Shown in pieces: positions 12,018-24,231 of a stretch of DNA of 64,000 bases. Made by a program: the position numbers and the translations under genes. Under the pieces are notes generated by a model. The model worked only from the letters and a program-made list of their open reading frames with translations, was not told the origin of the DNA and ran no database searches. The DNA comes from Amoebophrya sp. A120 (Eukaryota; Protista; Dinoflagellata). The stretch is taken from contig CAJINV010000004.1 in the NCBI GenBank assembly GCA_905178155.1, positions 6,426,828-6,490,827 of the forward strand. Reading direction: 5' to 3'. Positions within the stretch are counted from its first letter, which is position 1. Every line of letters starts with the position of its first letter.

Positions 12018-13764
12018 CTACATATCCGTCATTTTCACGATGGTCTGCGGCCCGAGATCCAGCCCGCCCGGCTCGCCTTTCCTCTTTTTCTTCCTGTCTG
12101 CCGCGGACTTGTGGTTCCACCCCTCCCGCATGGCGAGTTCCTTCCTGACGCCCTCCTGGTACTTCAAGTACTCCTGTTCGCCCATCAGCTTCCGGCCCAG
12201 CGTCTTCCCTATTTTGTCCTGCATCCAGCTGTTTTCCTTCGGGTTGGACTTTATGTCCTCGAACTTCACGCTCTGCATCCACTCCGACAGCTCGCGCTTC
12301 TGCCGCGTGTAGAACTTGACCGTTTTCTGGAAGTCGTGCTCGTAGTCGTACCGCTGAAAGGTTTTTATCTGGTGCGTAGGGTACTCTGCGGCTTTTCGCC
12401 GGAGCTCCTCCAGTATGAGAGTGCACAACCCCAGCATCTCCCCCTCATTTGTATTGCATGAACAGCATATACAAATACCAGCACACATGGAGCTTATGCG
12501 TGACAAATTCATCGTCCGCCTAGTGTAGTACTGTTTGGGCTTCCACCGGAATCTGTCATGCAAACAGTGCCACAGGGAAGCCCTTGCCCTTGGATTTGGG
12601 GTTTTGCATGACAAATGAGGGGGAGGGAGAGTGGTGCAATCTCATATCCAGCATGGCGGCTTCTTTCGTGCTTTCTATTACCACCTCGTCCTCCGGGGAC
12701 ACTTCGAGTGGCTTGGCCCTGGGAGTTTGTTTGTCATGCAGAATTGGCTATGATAGAAAAGTTTCTCTTGCACTATATCGATATCCTTATCCATATGCAC
12801 CACATCTAGGAAACAAATCCAAATAAAACAGCAGCTAGTAGCGTAAGATAATTCTATACTTCAGGTACATCCTTATCAGGGCTTCTTCGAGCCCCGGACG
12901 TACAATTTTGTCCATCCAGTCAAACTGATCCTATCAAATGCAAAAGTGTCTGGGTCAGGAAGTTTTCTAGATTTGTCATGCATATTTTCCATGAGCCATG
13001 ATGTCTGTGATACATGCCGTAGCATCACAGATTTTTAGAAGGCTTTGTGATACCTCTACCGCATGAGAAATGCCCTCTCCACGTAGGACAAACGCGACCC
13101 CTCTTGCTGGTCATGCAATGCAAATTTTTTTAGAATCCACAGACAGCATCACAAGTTGTGACCTTCCAGACCCAGACACTTTTGCGGTTGATAGATCCCA
13201 CGTGTATTCGATGGCGTTAAAAAACGCAAATCGGTGGTTGTTGGTCGCCCAGGCATTGGCGAGACAGCAAATCTCGTGCAGGAAACTGACGTAGTACATC
13301 ACCTGCGGGACGTCGCTGAAAAAAACTTTACTCATGATGCCGCCGATCTGGTGATAGTTTGGATTTTGTATTGCAAAAACACAAGTAGAAAACCGTTTTC
13401 TCATGCAGTGCTTTCATCATCAACAACCAGTCAAAAAAGCTGTTCGAGCTATTCATACCAGATTGAAGAAGATCATGACGCACAGCGCGACATACACCGG
13501 CCCCTGCGCGAATTTCTGCACCGTGGCGTACGCGAGGAGTAATATCGTTGACACGGCGAAGAACAGCAACACCATGATCACGATGTCCGCCGCGCCATTG
13601 ATCCCGTTCGACCGGAATATCAGCACGGCCATCACGTCGAGGAAGAGCACGACCAGGCCGGTCAGGGTGTTGAGGGCGGCGTAGGTGAAAAGGTAGATGA
13701 CGGATGTGATGTAGAGCTCCAGCTCATTGTGCTTCTGCTCCTCTAGGGTTAAACCTTCGGGCAT
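12018..13764 (-). CDS. multi-pass membrane hypothetical protein
   Basis: Several hydrophobic helices at the N-terminus and a charged helical C-terminus; two introners and probable GT-AG introns. Confidence 0.7.
12414..12646. mobile_element. introner, family D
   Basis: TATGAGAGTGCACAAC...GTGCAATCTCATA; TSD TCCAG. Confidence 0.9.
12932..13193. mobile_element. introner, family A
   Basis: TSD GATCC; close relative of 54525-54786. Confidence 0.92.
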
Positions 13765-14246
13765 GGTGGGCAAATGTTACGTCGCGGGCTGTTGCCCGTT
13801 CTACTTTCCTGCCCGCCACCTTCTGCACGTCGTACTCGACACGCCCACTCTCCGCTAGTTTTTCCAACCGCGGTGGACGCAAGCGCCTGCGCGACCGCCC
13901 ACGCGGAGTTGCATAAGCAAAGGCTCACAGCTTAACTTTATTCTCGGACTTAGTATGGGGATGCGCTTGGAAAACTAAGAGCACAAGTACACCTGTTTCG
14001 GAGCGGATTTGTGCCAGTGATTTACACGTTCGCTCGATTGAAATGCGTTCGCAATCAGGCATGACGCGCACGAAAGACGACCAGCACATCCTCTCACTAA
14101 AACTCGCTCCAGCCCACGCTCCCAAATCTCGCTCGATCTCTCTTCTCTCTCCGCAGCATTTTGCTGGGCAAGTTTTTACGAAAATAATGCTTCAGTTGCG
14201 TTGGCGGGCTGACGTTTCACGACGAAAATACGGACGCCGCCAGCGA

Positions 14247-15341
14247 TTACAAAAATGGACCACTTTCGGTGACGAGAATTGTATGCTTCTTCGTGGGGTC
14301 TTTAGGTGGATGTTTGTGACTCGATACTTCTGTCAGAATTCGTTCAGTAAATTTGTGCATGGCAGCCGGAGCTGCATCAGCACGAATAAAGTACGGCTCT
14401 AGCCCCTGTGACTGCCGCCGGTCAAAAGCGAGCCCTTCATCAGATTTCCACCGGAAGTACGGGTAACGCACGCCGTTACGCTCGGAATCTGACAGGATGA
14501 TTCCGCGGCGCACTATTGCTTCTTGCGGAATCAAGCCTATGTAGTGCAGCTTCGCCGGGTTCCGTCGCGCAGGTACGAGCCAGATGAAAAGCTCGATGTC
14601 ATCGCTGGTGTCAAACGGAACGTTGACGCCGGCAACGACCTTTGTCATGCTAGTTTGGATTCCGGCTGCGGAGTGAGTCAGATACGACCTTCGCAATACG
14701 GTTTTCACTCCTCGCAGTAAGGCGTTGGCCCGCACGTCGCCGGCACCGTAGACCGCAGGAAACACTATCTCCTCGAACACAGGGAGCTGCATGAGTTGTG
14801 CAATCATGTCGCAGCGGTGCTGAACAATGGCGTTCGGCGCTGCGGTCTGCATGTGCTCAAAAAGCGGCTTGGCTTTCGCAGCGTAGTGCTCGTGTAAATC
14901 CATCAGCCGCTTCCGAAGCTCAGCTGCTCCATCCGCCTCGGTCATGTCGATCCGGGCCGTCGACTCCAGTCGAACGCTGCCTACAACGCGATCCTTGAAC
15001 ACGAAAATGCTGTTTCTCGCGGGGGACGTCACCAGGTAGGGCGCGTCACGCCACCACTGCGAAATACTGGCGTTGCGCATGCGGCAGAGGATTCCCGGTC
15101 GTCCCGGCATGTCACAGGCAGCGCGAACGGTGTTGCGAATTTGCATCCCGACCCAGGACCCGTCCGTGGCGCGCAGACCCGTCTTCGGTCGCATCAGAAA
15201 CGGAAATCCAGTGCCACCGGGCATGGCAAAGAATTCTAGGTCGGGTGCGCAGCGCTTCGCTACCTCCAGAAACCACACGTAGCCATGCGCCTGCTGCAGG
15301 CGCCGAGCATTTCCCGCTGACCGCACTTGTGACCGCAGCAT
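14247..15341 (-). CDS. six-gene family member 1 (putative degenerate tandem PD-(D/E)XK-fold protein)
   Basis: Intronless 364-aa ORF sharing GN.R..Q..G..WFLEVA, LEFF.MP, Q.RNT, YIGL.P and W.SD motifs with five paralogs. Confidence 0.85.
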   Translation of the reverse strand: MLRSQVRSAGNARRLQQAHGYVWFLEVAKRCAPDLEFFAMPGGTGFPFLMRPKTGLRATDGSWVGMQIRNTVRAACDMPGRPGILCRMRNASISQWWRDAPYLVTSPARNSIFVFKDRVVGSVRLESTARIDMTEADGAAELRKRLMDLHEHYAAKAKPLFEHMQTAAPNAIVQHRCDMIAQLMQLPVFEEIVFPAVYGAGDVRANALLRGVKTVLRRSYLTHSAAGIQTSMTKVVAGVNVPFDTSDDIELFIWLVPARRNPAKLHYIGLIPQEAIVRRGIILSDSERNGVRYPYFRWKSDEGLAFDRRQSQGLEPYFIRADAAPAAMHKFTERILTEVSSHKHPPKDPTKKHTILVTESGPFL

Positions 15342-15622
15342 GACTTTCTTGCTAACATTTCATCCTAATTCAGAATCACACAGACAAATGTTATTTGCGC
15401 AGGAACTCTCTCCCCGGCGCCCCTCTCTCACTCGTCCGTCTCCGTATTTTTACATTCCCTGGGGAGTCAAGAATATGTAGAACAGCCATTCGCTCATAAG
15501 ATGCAAGGGCCTAAATTTGCAACCCTGCGACAGACAGCGAGGCAGATTTCGTGCGACCACGATGAACTAATTTCCTGTCGCAGCAATTCACAAAACACGA
15601 ACGTGACTCCGGTTGTCATGTG

Positions 15623-16771
15623 TCACGAGCAGATTCCTGGTTGCGACGTCGAAACCGGCTGCGCAAGACCGCTTGCGCCATGTCCGGTGGAACTGGCCAG
15701 TAAGCCCCCTTCTGCAAATTGTCGAATTGCTTCACCCGACTGTCCACGGCAACGGAAGAAGTAGGCGCCAAGGCCTGCACAGTGTCCGCGGTCGAACTCC
15801 AGCGAGTCGTCAGCTCTCCATCTGATGTAAGGATGCCGCAGCCCGTCGCCTATGGAACTTGAAAATATTCCGCAGTCAGCCATCACACTACTCGGAATCA
15901 ATCCAACGTAGTCCAGCTGCATGGGGTCGCGCCGCGTCGCAATGGCGAGTGCGCAAATGTCGATTCCGTCCGCTATATTGAAAGGGTGCCCGACGCCGTC
16001 CGTGTACTTGCACATGCTGAATTGGACTCCCGACCTGGATGTACCTTGACGAGCTACGCGCACAAGCACGTGCCGCCCTCGCAGTTCCGCATTCGATCGT
16101 ACCCCGTCTGTACTGTAGCCTGGTGTGAACTGCAACTCTTGGAAGACCGGAAGCGCCATGACCTGCGCGAGCAGAATGTAACGGAAGGCATGTATTACGC
16201 GACTCTCCGCCGCGCCCCGTACAAAGTCCAAAAGTGGCTGTGCTTGGAGAGAGTAATCTTCGTAAGCGGCCATCAACCGCACCTGCAGAGTACTGGCTTC
16301 GTTCGGTTGCGCTAAATCGATGGACGCAGCGGAATCCGCTTTCACAGAAAGGACATTTTTGCTGATCTCGTTCGGGAAGAAGTAGACGCGGTTTGTTCCT
16401 GGGGACGTAAGCACAGAGGGGGCGTGTTGCCAGCGTGTCAGCATCTTCTTGTTGCGCATCTGGCAGAGAATTCCAGGTTTCCCTGGAATATCGCAGAGTG
16501 TTCGCGCGGTATTGTGGAAGTGCACGGGCAACCAGACGCCTTCGTGCGCGGCAAGCCCGCTCTGGGGACGCATCAGCAGAGGCAAGCCCGTGCCGCACGG
16601 CAACGTGTAGAACTCCAGCTGTGGCGCTAAGCGCCGCGCCACTTCCAGAAACCATGCGTGCCCCGCAGCTTGTTCCCGTAAGCGACTGTTCCCGACGTGC
16701 CGCCGCTGGGACGTGATACAAGACCTCGCAGATCTGCTCACGCAACCTCGACGGAATACGGCGAACGTCAT
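15623..16771 (-). CDS. six-gene family member 2
   Basis: Intronless 382-aa ORF; Arg/Ser-rich leader; closest to member 6. Confidence 0.85.
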   Translation of the reverse strand: MTFAVFRRGCVSRSARSCITSQRRHVGNSRLREQAAGHAWFLEVARRLAPQLEFYTLPCGTGLPLLMRPQSGLAAHEGVWLPVHFHNTARTLCDIPGKPGILCQMRNKKMLTRWQHAPSVLTSPGTNRVYFFPNEISKNVLSVKADSAASIDLAQPNEASTLQVRLMAAYEDYSLQAQPLLDFVRGAAESRVIHAFRYILLAQVMALPVFQELQFTPGYSTDGVRSNAELRGRHVLVRVARQGTSRSGVQFSMCKYTDGVGHPFNIADGIDICALAIATRRDPMQLDYVGLIPSSVMADCGIFSSSIGDGLRHPYIRWRADDSLEFDRGHCAGLGAYFFRCRGQSGEAIRQFAEGGLLASSTGHGASGLAQPVSTSQPGICS

Positions 16772-16990
16772 GGTTTCTGTGCGAGTGAATATCCTGTTCT
16801 CACCCTCGTGACATGCGCTCGTCGCTCAGCAGATCTATCCATTAATTGTTTCGCGTCGTCTTCCTTTGTTCAACTGTGTTAAACACAAAGCTAGCGGCAC
16901 GTCGCGGAAGCCGCATAGGTAGTCCTTTCTTTTATTTTGTTCCACTTCACAGACACTAGAGCGTCCTCGTTTTGACAAGAATTTCTTGCT

Positions 16991-18139
16991 TCAGTCAACA
17001 GGTGCAAGTGCCTGCCGCTCAATTGTGGCTACCGTGGACGTTAAAGTTGCTTCAGCAAGAATCCGTTCTGCGCTAGCCGCGATTACTTCTGGTGATTCAT
17101 CGCACCGGATGAAGTATTGCGCAAGACCACTCCCATACCTGCCATCAAAGTCCAGCTCGGTGTCCGACTTCCAGCGTATGTAGTGATGAACGCCACCCGC
17201 TTGCGTCGCCGTAGAGAGTAATCCACGGTCGAGAAGAACGCGCGCCGGCACTAAACCAATGTACTGGAGTTGAGACGGGCTGCGCCGTCCGGGAAGAAGC
17301 CATAAAAACATCTCGATTCCATCAGTCGCTGCAAGCGGACTCCATGCGCCGTCTACGTACTTGCAAAAACCGACCCTGGATCCAGACTTGGTTGGTGACG
17401 ATCGGCCTGCGCGGAAGTGAACACCAAACCCACGGAGGTGGCAGTTGTAGCGGCTCCCGTCACTTGTACCACATCCGGGTGGAAATGTCAATTCTCGGAA
17501 CACCGGATACTGCATGGCTTGTGCGAGAAGGCGGTAACGGTTTGCATGCTTGGTAGGTACTCGGCCACCCGTCAGGATGCAGTCTTCAAGCGACAGTGCC
17601 TCTGGACCGCGCATCTCGCAAATTTTTCGCAATCGACGCCCCAATTCTGCTTGGCCAGAATCAGTGGCCACGTCTACGCAGGCGTCCGAGTCCAGCCGCA
17701 CCCGGAAGAACTTGCTCTCGATGTTGTCGTACACGAACACGATTTTTCGTCCCGGGCAACCTAGAAGCATCGGCTTGTTCTGCCAGTACTTTGGGGTGCC
17801 GAAGTTCCCTACATTGCAGAGAGTTCCTACCTTTCCCCGCATCAGGCAGTCCGTCCGTCGTGTGCTGCGGAGCTGCATTGGGATCCAGACGCCGCTGTGC
17901 GCATTCAGGTCGTTACTACGTGGGCGGACAAGAAGCGGCAACCCCGATCCGTATGGTGGCGTGAAGAATTCGAGATCCGGCGCAAAACGTTTTGCAAGTT
18001 GCAGAAACCATTCACTACACTCTGCTTGCTGCCGCAGCATACTAGCTCCCGAAAGGGTCCTGCGCTGCACTTGGAGAAATACTCCAAGACGACACTGCCG
18101 CGACCGGAAGGGCGGCGCCGTGCTCAATAAACACGCCAT
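16991..18139 (-). CDS. six-gene family member 3
   Basis: Start placed at MACLL (18139) to match paralog length; same conserved blocks. Confidence 0.8.
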   Translation of the reverse strand: MACLLSTAPPFRSRQCRLGVFLQVQRRTLSGASMLRQQAECSEWFLQLAKRFAPDLEFFTPPYGSGLPLLVRPRSNDLNAHSGVWIPMQLRSTRRTDCLMRGKVGTLCNVGNFGTPKYWQNKPMLLGCPGRKIVFVYDNIESKFFRVRLDSDACVDVATDSGQAELGRRLRKICEMRGPEALSLEDCILTGGRVPTKHANRYRLLAQAMQYPVFRELTFPPGCGTSDGSRYNCHLRGFGVHFRAGRSSPTKSGSRVGFCKYVDGAWSPLAATDGIEMFLWLLPGRRSPSQLQYIGLVPARVLLDRGLLSTATQAGGVHHYIRWKSDTELDFDGRYGSGLAQYFIRCDESPEVIAASAERILAEATLTSTVATIERQALAPVD

Positions 18140-18493
18140 CGTTGTTGCTGTAGTTTTTCCTTTTTTTCTGTGCCCGATCGCGCAATGCATTCCAAAGACC
18201 CCTCGGAAGCACAGAATGAAACTCACAGTACACCGCTCACGAAAAAGGACAACTACTCTCTGAAACCCGCTCCATCGATACTCTCTGCCCAAAAACTTCC
18301 TGGGCTTTTTAGGTAGCAGCGCAAAGAGTACGAACACAAAAGCTCCACCATCTGAATTAGAGGAGACGAGATACTCCTGTAATTGTAGAAAGCTAACCAT
18401 CAAAGTGAGAAAAGTAGATGCGCGTCTGCTGCTCAAAATATGTATACACACATCGCAGTGGCTGCAGGTAAAAGTCGGCAAAACCTTAATCAA

Positions 18494-21467
18494 TCAAAGT
18501 TTCCTCGCCAATCCCCCGCCACCCGCAGCTTTCTCTTTCTCGGCTTTTATCCTCTGATACTTTTCAATACACCCGAGAAAAATCTGCATCACCTCTTCCG
18601 TATCCGCCGCAAACACCCCCGGCGCGTACTCCTGCCCGTCCCCCGTCGCCCGCAAAGCTAACTCGAACGAGTACGGCTTACAGCTCTCGTCTAAATTCAT
18701 CCGTCTGTACTTCACGAACCTGATATCCTCCGGCCGGTAGTAAACCAACTCCTTCTGGTCTTTCTCCGAAAAATAACACAACGCCCCGTTCCGCGCCAGC
18801 CACATCCGTCGCTGCAGCCAATCCGGCTCATTGTGCGCGTCGCCGTCGGTTGAGAGTTTGAAAATTTGTGCTTCGTATACTGGCTTGTACGCCTGTTCCG
18901 TCCCCCGCTCGATCTTTTCCCTTCGGTTCCGGACCAGAATCTTCCACTCGCGGAAATCCTTGGCCAACCCGGCGTTCGCGATAAACCCAGACTGCCCCTG
19001 CATGGCCAGGTCCTCGTGGGTCCGGGCGTAGTCGAGGATTTCCAACCAGGTTTTCAATTCTTTTTCACTGTACGCCGCGAAGTACATTTTCCCCAGATCG
19101 CCTAAGCCCTGGTGCAGTGCGTGGTGGTCGTCGTCCGCGGTGGCCGAGTAGCGGCCGCCGTCTAAATCGATGACGAAGGTGTAGGGTAAAGCGGATTTTA
19201 CAATACTGCTGTTTGTCTCCCCCTGTTGCTCCCCCGCTTTTGTTTCCGCACTGGTTTCAGGTGTGGTTCCTGGCTTAGCCTCTCTCTTCCCATCCATCCC
19301 ACCCGCCACCTCCACCTCCGACATTCTCGACGCGGCCAGCTGTTCGTGCGTAATCAAAACTAATTTCTTCAAGGTCTTCGGGGAGAAGTATCGCAATGAA
19401 AAATGCCCCCACCCCCAAAGTTGCAAAGATTTGCGATGCGAAGTTTCCAAATGAAAACTTTTTGTCATGCATGAAAGGAGTATGAATCTTTCCGATGCAG
19501 AGTCTAGGCGTAGGCGTGTGTCGCATCGGTTGCATGACAAGCGCCGCTCTTGCTGGGATCTTTTGCAATACAAATTTTTGCTATTCACGATCGGAAATCT
19601 GTGATGCTGATAGATGCAATAGGGCGAGTGTTTCATTTGGAAAGGTTTGCAACACAAATTCTCCCAAGTTCGGGGGTGGGGGCATTTTTCATTGTAATAA
19701 GAAGTAGCACAAACACCCCTCCGCGGAGAGCCACACGTCCCGTTTCTGCCAGTCCGTCGTTTTTCCCGGGTCCCCGTCGTGGTGGAGCTTGTGGAGAATA
19801 GATTTCATCAAAGGAGGTTTGTCCTTGGTCGATTCCTGGGCTCTGAGCAACCGTTTCTCCTTCAAATCCAAAGAGAGTCGGCCGCCGAGATGCTCCGGGT
19901 CGTGGACCTTTTCCTCCTTGTGTTCGTCCTGGATGTCGATGTGCAAACCCGGAACCTCCACACTCCGCATGTAGTCGTGCCTTAAACACTGCGCGAGCGA
20001 CCACCGTTCGGAAGGCTTCTTCGTCAGCATTCGGGACAGGACCAAATCCGTGAACTGGGAACTGTGCTCCGCCACCTTCTTACTCATGGAAAGCGCTTTC
20101 GAGGGATCAGCAAGCCACTGGAGAAACATGAAACCCGCCTTGCGGTGGGAACCCGCGTTCTTGAAAATCTGCATGTACCTGAAGTGGATTATTGATTTTG
20201 GCGGAGATAAAATCCGAAGATTTATTTTGTGCATTTCCTATGATTAATTTTCGAAGACGCACGAAACTAATTTGTACTGACGGCTGTCCAGATAATTCGC
20301 GCAAAGTTTATTAATGGCGATAAACTGAACTTCTACGCACAAAAACCCGATACTTCGGCTTCAGCACCGCATCCAACGTGACCAATTCACACAGACTCAC
20401 GCCCACACTCCACACGTCCAGCTGGTGCCCGATCCGGCAGTACTCCCCCTCCTCGATCAAAAAGTTGGCCCACTCTGGGGCGCAGTAACAGGGCGAAAAC
20501 GAAATTGTGGAATCGTTGATGGACACCTTCTTATTCAACGGCGTACACCCGTCCACGTCAATGATTTTCCACGTGTCCCCCGCGCGCATGATGTTCTCCG
20601 GCTTCATATCCAAGTGCGCCAAACCCTTCGCGTGCAGCATCCCCATTGCGATCAAGAAGGACTTACAGAGTAGCTGCACCGCTTTCGCCGACATGGGCTT
20701 CTTTTCGTTCAACCGCTCGGTTAGGTAGTCCTTCAAACTGTAGTCGGCGATCTCCGTGATCACATACATGCTCCCGTCCGTGGCGTCCGGACCCGCGGTT
20801 ATTGCAAGGAAAAATCCCCCCTCCCCATATCGGACAGGAAACTTGTGACGCTGTATTTGGGTACACAGATCGACTTGTATTGCTAGCAGGCCAAGGGCCG
20901 CAGCTGTGGCCTCGCCTGCGGGCAATTTGTCATGCTGTTTCCCACTTCCAGCTGTCTCCTGTCATGCTGAAGATGCAAGGCTTTCCCACGCCACCCAGCA
21001 CCACAGTCCGCATCTTTATCTTTTCCCTTCTAGCATGACAAAGCTGATCTGTGACCACAAATCTGCATCACAGATTTCCTTTTTGACATGGGGAGGAGGG
21101 ATTTTTCTTTTTGATAGCGGTTCCGTCCGCCTCCTTGCTGTAGTCCACGAGCTCGAGGAAGCACTTCTTCGGTATCAACTGCAAAAATGTCTGGGTCTGA
21201 AAACTTGTGATGCTAAAGTGCGAATGATGGAAGCAATTCCGAATGCAGCCAAGCATGACAACTTTCCAGAACGCTTTCTGATGCACAGCCCGCATGAGAA
21301 ACTGCGTTTTCGTATAGACAAAAGCGGCTGCGTACTTTGGTGGTCATGCAATACAAATTTTACAGGAATGTGAGAGCTGCATTACAAGTTCGAGATTTCC
21401 AGACCCAGACATATTTGCAATGCATATTCGGGTCGATGGACCAAAAGTACTCGTGGCGCAGCACCAT
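18494..21467 (-). CDS. 5'-truncated duplicate of the kinase/PH-like gene (pseudokinase or pseudogene)
   Basis: Near-identical protein to 26023-29799 from LRHEYFWS onward; lacks Gly-loop and VAIK; in-frame ATG at 21467; no stops or frameshifts seen. Confidence 0.75.
19389..19699. mobile_element. introner, family F
   Basis: TIR core TGAAAAATGCCCCCACCCCC; TSD AGAAG; identical to 26927-27237. Confidence 0.93.
20800..21116. mobile_element. introner, family E
   Basis: TIR core GAAAAATCCCCCCTCCCCAT; TSD GCGGT; identical to 28338-28654. Confidence 0.92.
21173..21426. mobile_element. introner, family A
   Basis: TSD TTCGG; partly diverged from the paralogous 28711-28973. Confidence 0.92.
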
Positions 21468-21475
21468 CGACTAAT

Positions 21476-22672
21476 CTATGCCGTGGAGGCAGACGAATCT
21501 CGGAAAACTTCTTGCTGCGCGACACTATAACCCGCATCTGCTTTCCTGCTTTGCGTGGCAGAGGAGACCTCCAGCAAGATCCGTTCCGCGAAGTCTCGAA
21601 TTGCACTACTCGTGGCCGATCTGTGGATGAAATACGGTGCTAGACTTGTGATGTGTGCCCCGCTAAAGTCGATCTCTTCATCAGACTTCCACTTCATGTA
21701 CAGGTGCCTCACGCCGGAAACGTTTTCGCTTGCTGAAATGATCCCACTTGAAACCAGGGCCTCTTTCGGTAGGAGTCCGATGGAGCTCAGCCGAGACGGT
21801 TGTCTCCTTTCGGCAACAAGCCAGAGAAAAATGTCGATGCCATCTGTGACCTGAAAGGCCCCGCTTTGCCAATCCGTGTACTTGCACATGCTGATCTGCA
21901 GTCCTTGTGGTTTCTTCTTGGATGGACTCGGACGCGAGACACGAAATAGCACTCCATGGTTGCGCAAACACGCGTTGCTCCGCGCGCCATCGATTCCAAC
22001 CGCTGGTGGAAACTTTAGCTCCTCAAACACCGGCAGATCCATTGCTTGTGCAAGAAGACCGTGACGATGAGCCCGAACGGTGCTACCGAGCGCAGCAGTC
22101 CCTATAAGCTCCAGCAGTGGTCGTGCCTGGTGTTGATATTGATCAAATATTTCGTGGAGCTTCCTCCCGAGTGCCACAGCTCCCGTAGTACTGACCGATT
22201 CAATAGTAGATTCCGAAGCTGCCCTCACGTTGAAGTAGCTTTTCACGCAGTCGTGACCAAGTGCAAAGACAGCGTCTCGTGGAGTGCACGTTATCAACAT
22301 CGGCATGTCACTCCACTTTTCGAATGCGCGTTCATTTCGAACCTGGCAGATGATGCCAGGCTTTCCAGGGATGTCGCACTCGCTGCGAATCGTGTTCCGC
22401 ATCTGCAAAGGCAGCCACGACCCTTCGTGTGCTGGTAAGCCTCTGCGCAGTCGCATCAGCATGGGAAACCCCGACGAGCGCGGCATGGGGAAAAACTCAA
22501 ACTCTGGCGCAGCACCTTCAGCAACTTGAAGAAACCATATATGCCCACGCACCTGTTCCAGGCGTCGCTGGTTCCCCACCAGCTTGCGCTGAAAAGGGGC
22601 GAGCCACTTCGTAAACACAGGAGGGCGAAGAGGTCTGAAGTGCGCAAAGGTAGCCCCTCGGCTCGCAATCAT
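21476..22672 (-). CDS. six-gene family member 4
   Basis: Intronless 398-aa ORF with the shared blocks. Confidence 0.85.
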   Translation of the reverse strand: MIASRGATFAHFRPLRPPVFTKWLAPFQRKLVGNQRRLEQVRGHIWFLQVAEGAAPEFEFFPMPRSSGFPMLMRLRRGLPAHEGSWLPLQMRNTIRSECDIPGKPGIICQVRNERAFEKWSDMPMLITCTPRDAVFALGHDCVKSYFNVRAASESTIESVSTTGAVALGRKLHEIFDQYQHQARPLLELIGTAALGSTVRAHRHGLLAQAMDLPVFEELKFPPAVGIDGARSNACLRNHGVLFRVSRPSPSKKKPQGLQISMCKYTDWQSGAFQVTDGIDIFLWLVAERRQPSRLSSIGLLPKEALVSSGIISASENVSGVRHLYMKWKSDEEIDFSGAHITSLAPYFIHRSATSSAIRDFAERILLEVSSATQSRKADAGYSVAQQEVFRDSSASTA

Positions 22673-23061
22673 CTTGTGACAACATGGATTTTCCGCAGCA
22701 CGCTATCAAACGCATGTCAGGAGACAAAAGGAACCGGGACGATAAGGAAACATCCTGATCAGCACCCGTTCGCTTCGAGGACAATCGGAAAAATGTTCTC
22801 ATCACATTGCTCACTCACCTCAATCAAAATTGCAACAGAGGTGTCGAAAACTGAGCGATCCGACGTGTGTTGAAAATGGCGGGTGAAATGGTGCAAGAAA
22901 AATCTGACACAGTAGAACAACTGAGCTTCTTGCAAATGCCAGTTTCTTCGAAGCTATCAAGTGGCGTCCGAAAACATGTGGAGCATTCGAAACATTGTAC
23001 ATGATGCACATGTGGTGCGTGGAAAAGAATTGTCAAAGAAAGGCGCAATAAGTGTATAATG

Positions 23062-24231
23062 TTATCGAACCACACCGCTACTGTTGCACTGCGCCAGCGA
23101 GGCTTTCTGGCCACTTGCCTGGCGTGGCTTCGCAGATTCGACCTCCCACAGCACTCTTTCTGCAAAATCGCGTATTGCACTTCGGCTACTGTCGTAGCAC
23201 CGGATGAAGTACGGCTCGAGCGCCTCGGCATTGGAGCCGGCGAAGTCCAGCTCGGTTTCAGACTTCCACTTCATGAAAAACTGCAAGACCCCGGGATGCA
23301 TGGACGACGACAACAAACCCAGATCTGCGAGAAGCTGCGACGGAAAGAAACCAATGTACTCCAGTCGTGACACATCTCTTGTACCTGCAATTAGCCACAT
23401 GACGAGATCAATGCCGTCGTTAGCAGCGAAAGGACGCCAGATATTTGGCGGCCCGCTGATCCACTTGCGCAACGGGATCTCGAGGCGCGGATTTTTACGG
23501 CGTTGCTGCAGCTGCGTACCCCGGATCAGCACGGAGCAACCGCGAAGACGGGCGGTCGACCGCATACCCTCCCTGCGCGCGTCGACGGGAAAACTTAGTT
23601 CTTGGAACACATTCAAGCTCATCGCTTGCAGGAGCAGGTTGTTCTTGTGCTCCAGAAGGCGCGTCGAGGCACCGCACTTCAGCAGCTCGAGGAGGGGTCT
23701 TTCCTGGTACCTGTAGTCGTCGTACAGCTTGCGCAAGCGCGTACCTAATCCAGCGTCGCCTTCTCCGCTATCGACAACAAACCGGCAATCGGATTCCGCA
23801 TAGACGGTGAATTGACCTTTGACTTTGTCGTGATCAAAAACAAAGATGCTGCTGATCCCCGGGGCGGTGAGCAACAGCGGCATATCGGGCCAACGCCGGA
23901 ACGCGTGTTCGTTTCGCACGTGGCACAAAACACCTGCTTTCCGGGGCAGAGTGCAGGACCTTCGCATCGTATTCCGCAGCTGCAGCGGCAACCACACACC
24001 TTCGTGCGGCTGTGCGCCTGTACTCGGACGAAAGAGAGCAGGAAACCGCGACTCGCGCGGCATCGTAAAAAATTCAAGATCGGGTGCGCCGCGCCTCGCA
24101 ACTTCAAGAAACCACTGGTACCCATCCATCTGCTCCCACCGCCGATGTCTACCTGCAGATCTTCGCTGAAAAACGCAGTGCAAAGCGTACGGACTGCCAC
24201 GTCTGCACCGCAGAGCCCCGAAGTGCATCAT
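23062..24231 (-). CDS. six-gene family member 5
   Basis: Intronless ORF; probable start MMHFG at 24231 (frame open to 24273). Confidence 0.82.
   Translation of the reverse strand: MMHFGALRCRRGSPYALHCVFQRRSAGRHRRWEQMDGYQWFLEVARRGAPDLEFFTMPRESRFPALFRPSTGAQPHEGVWLPLQLRNTMRRSCTLPRKAGVLCHVRNEHAFRRWPDMPLLLTAPGISSIFVFDHDKVKGQFTVYAESDCRFVVDSGEGDAGLGTRLRKLYDDYRYQERPLLELLKCGASTRLLEHKNNLLLQAMSLNVFQELSFPVDARREGMRSTARLRGCSVLIRGTQLQQRRKNPRLEIPLRKWISGPPNIWRPFAANDGIDLVMWLIAGTRDVSRLEYIGFFPSQLLADLGLLSSSMHPGVLQFFMKWKSETELDFAGSNAEALEPYFIRCYDSSRSAIRDFAERVLWEVESAKPRQASGQKASLAQCNSSGVVR

Noticed and set aside
18140-18493. N-terminal extension of the 500-aa ORF
   Set aside because: Absent from paralogs and abuts the stop of the neighbouring kinase copy; probably non-coding.
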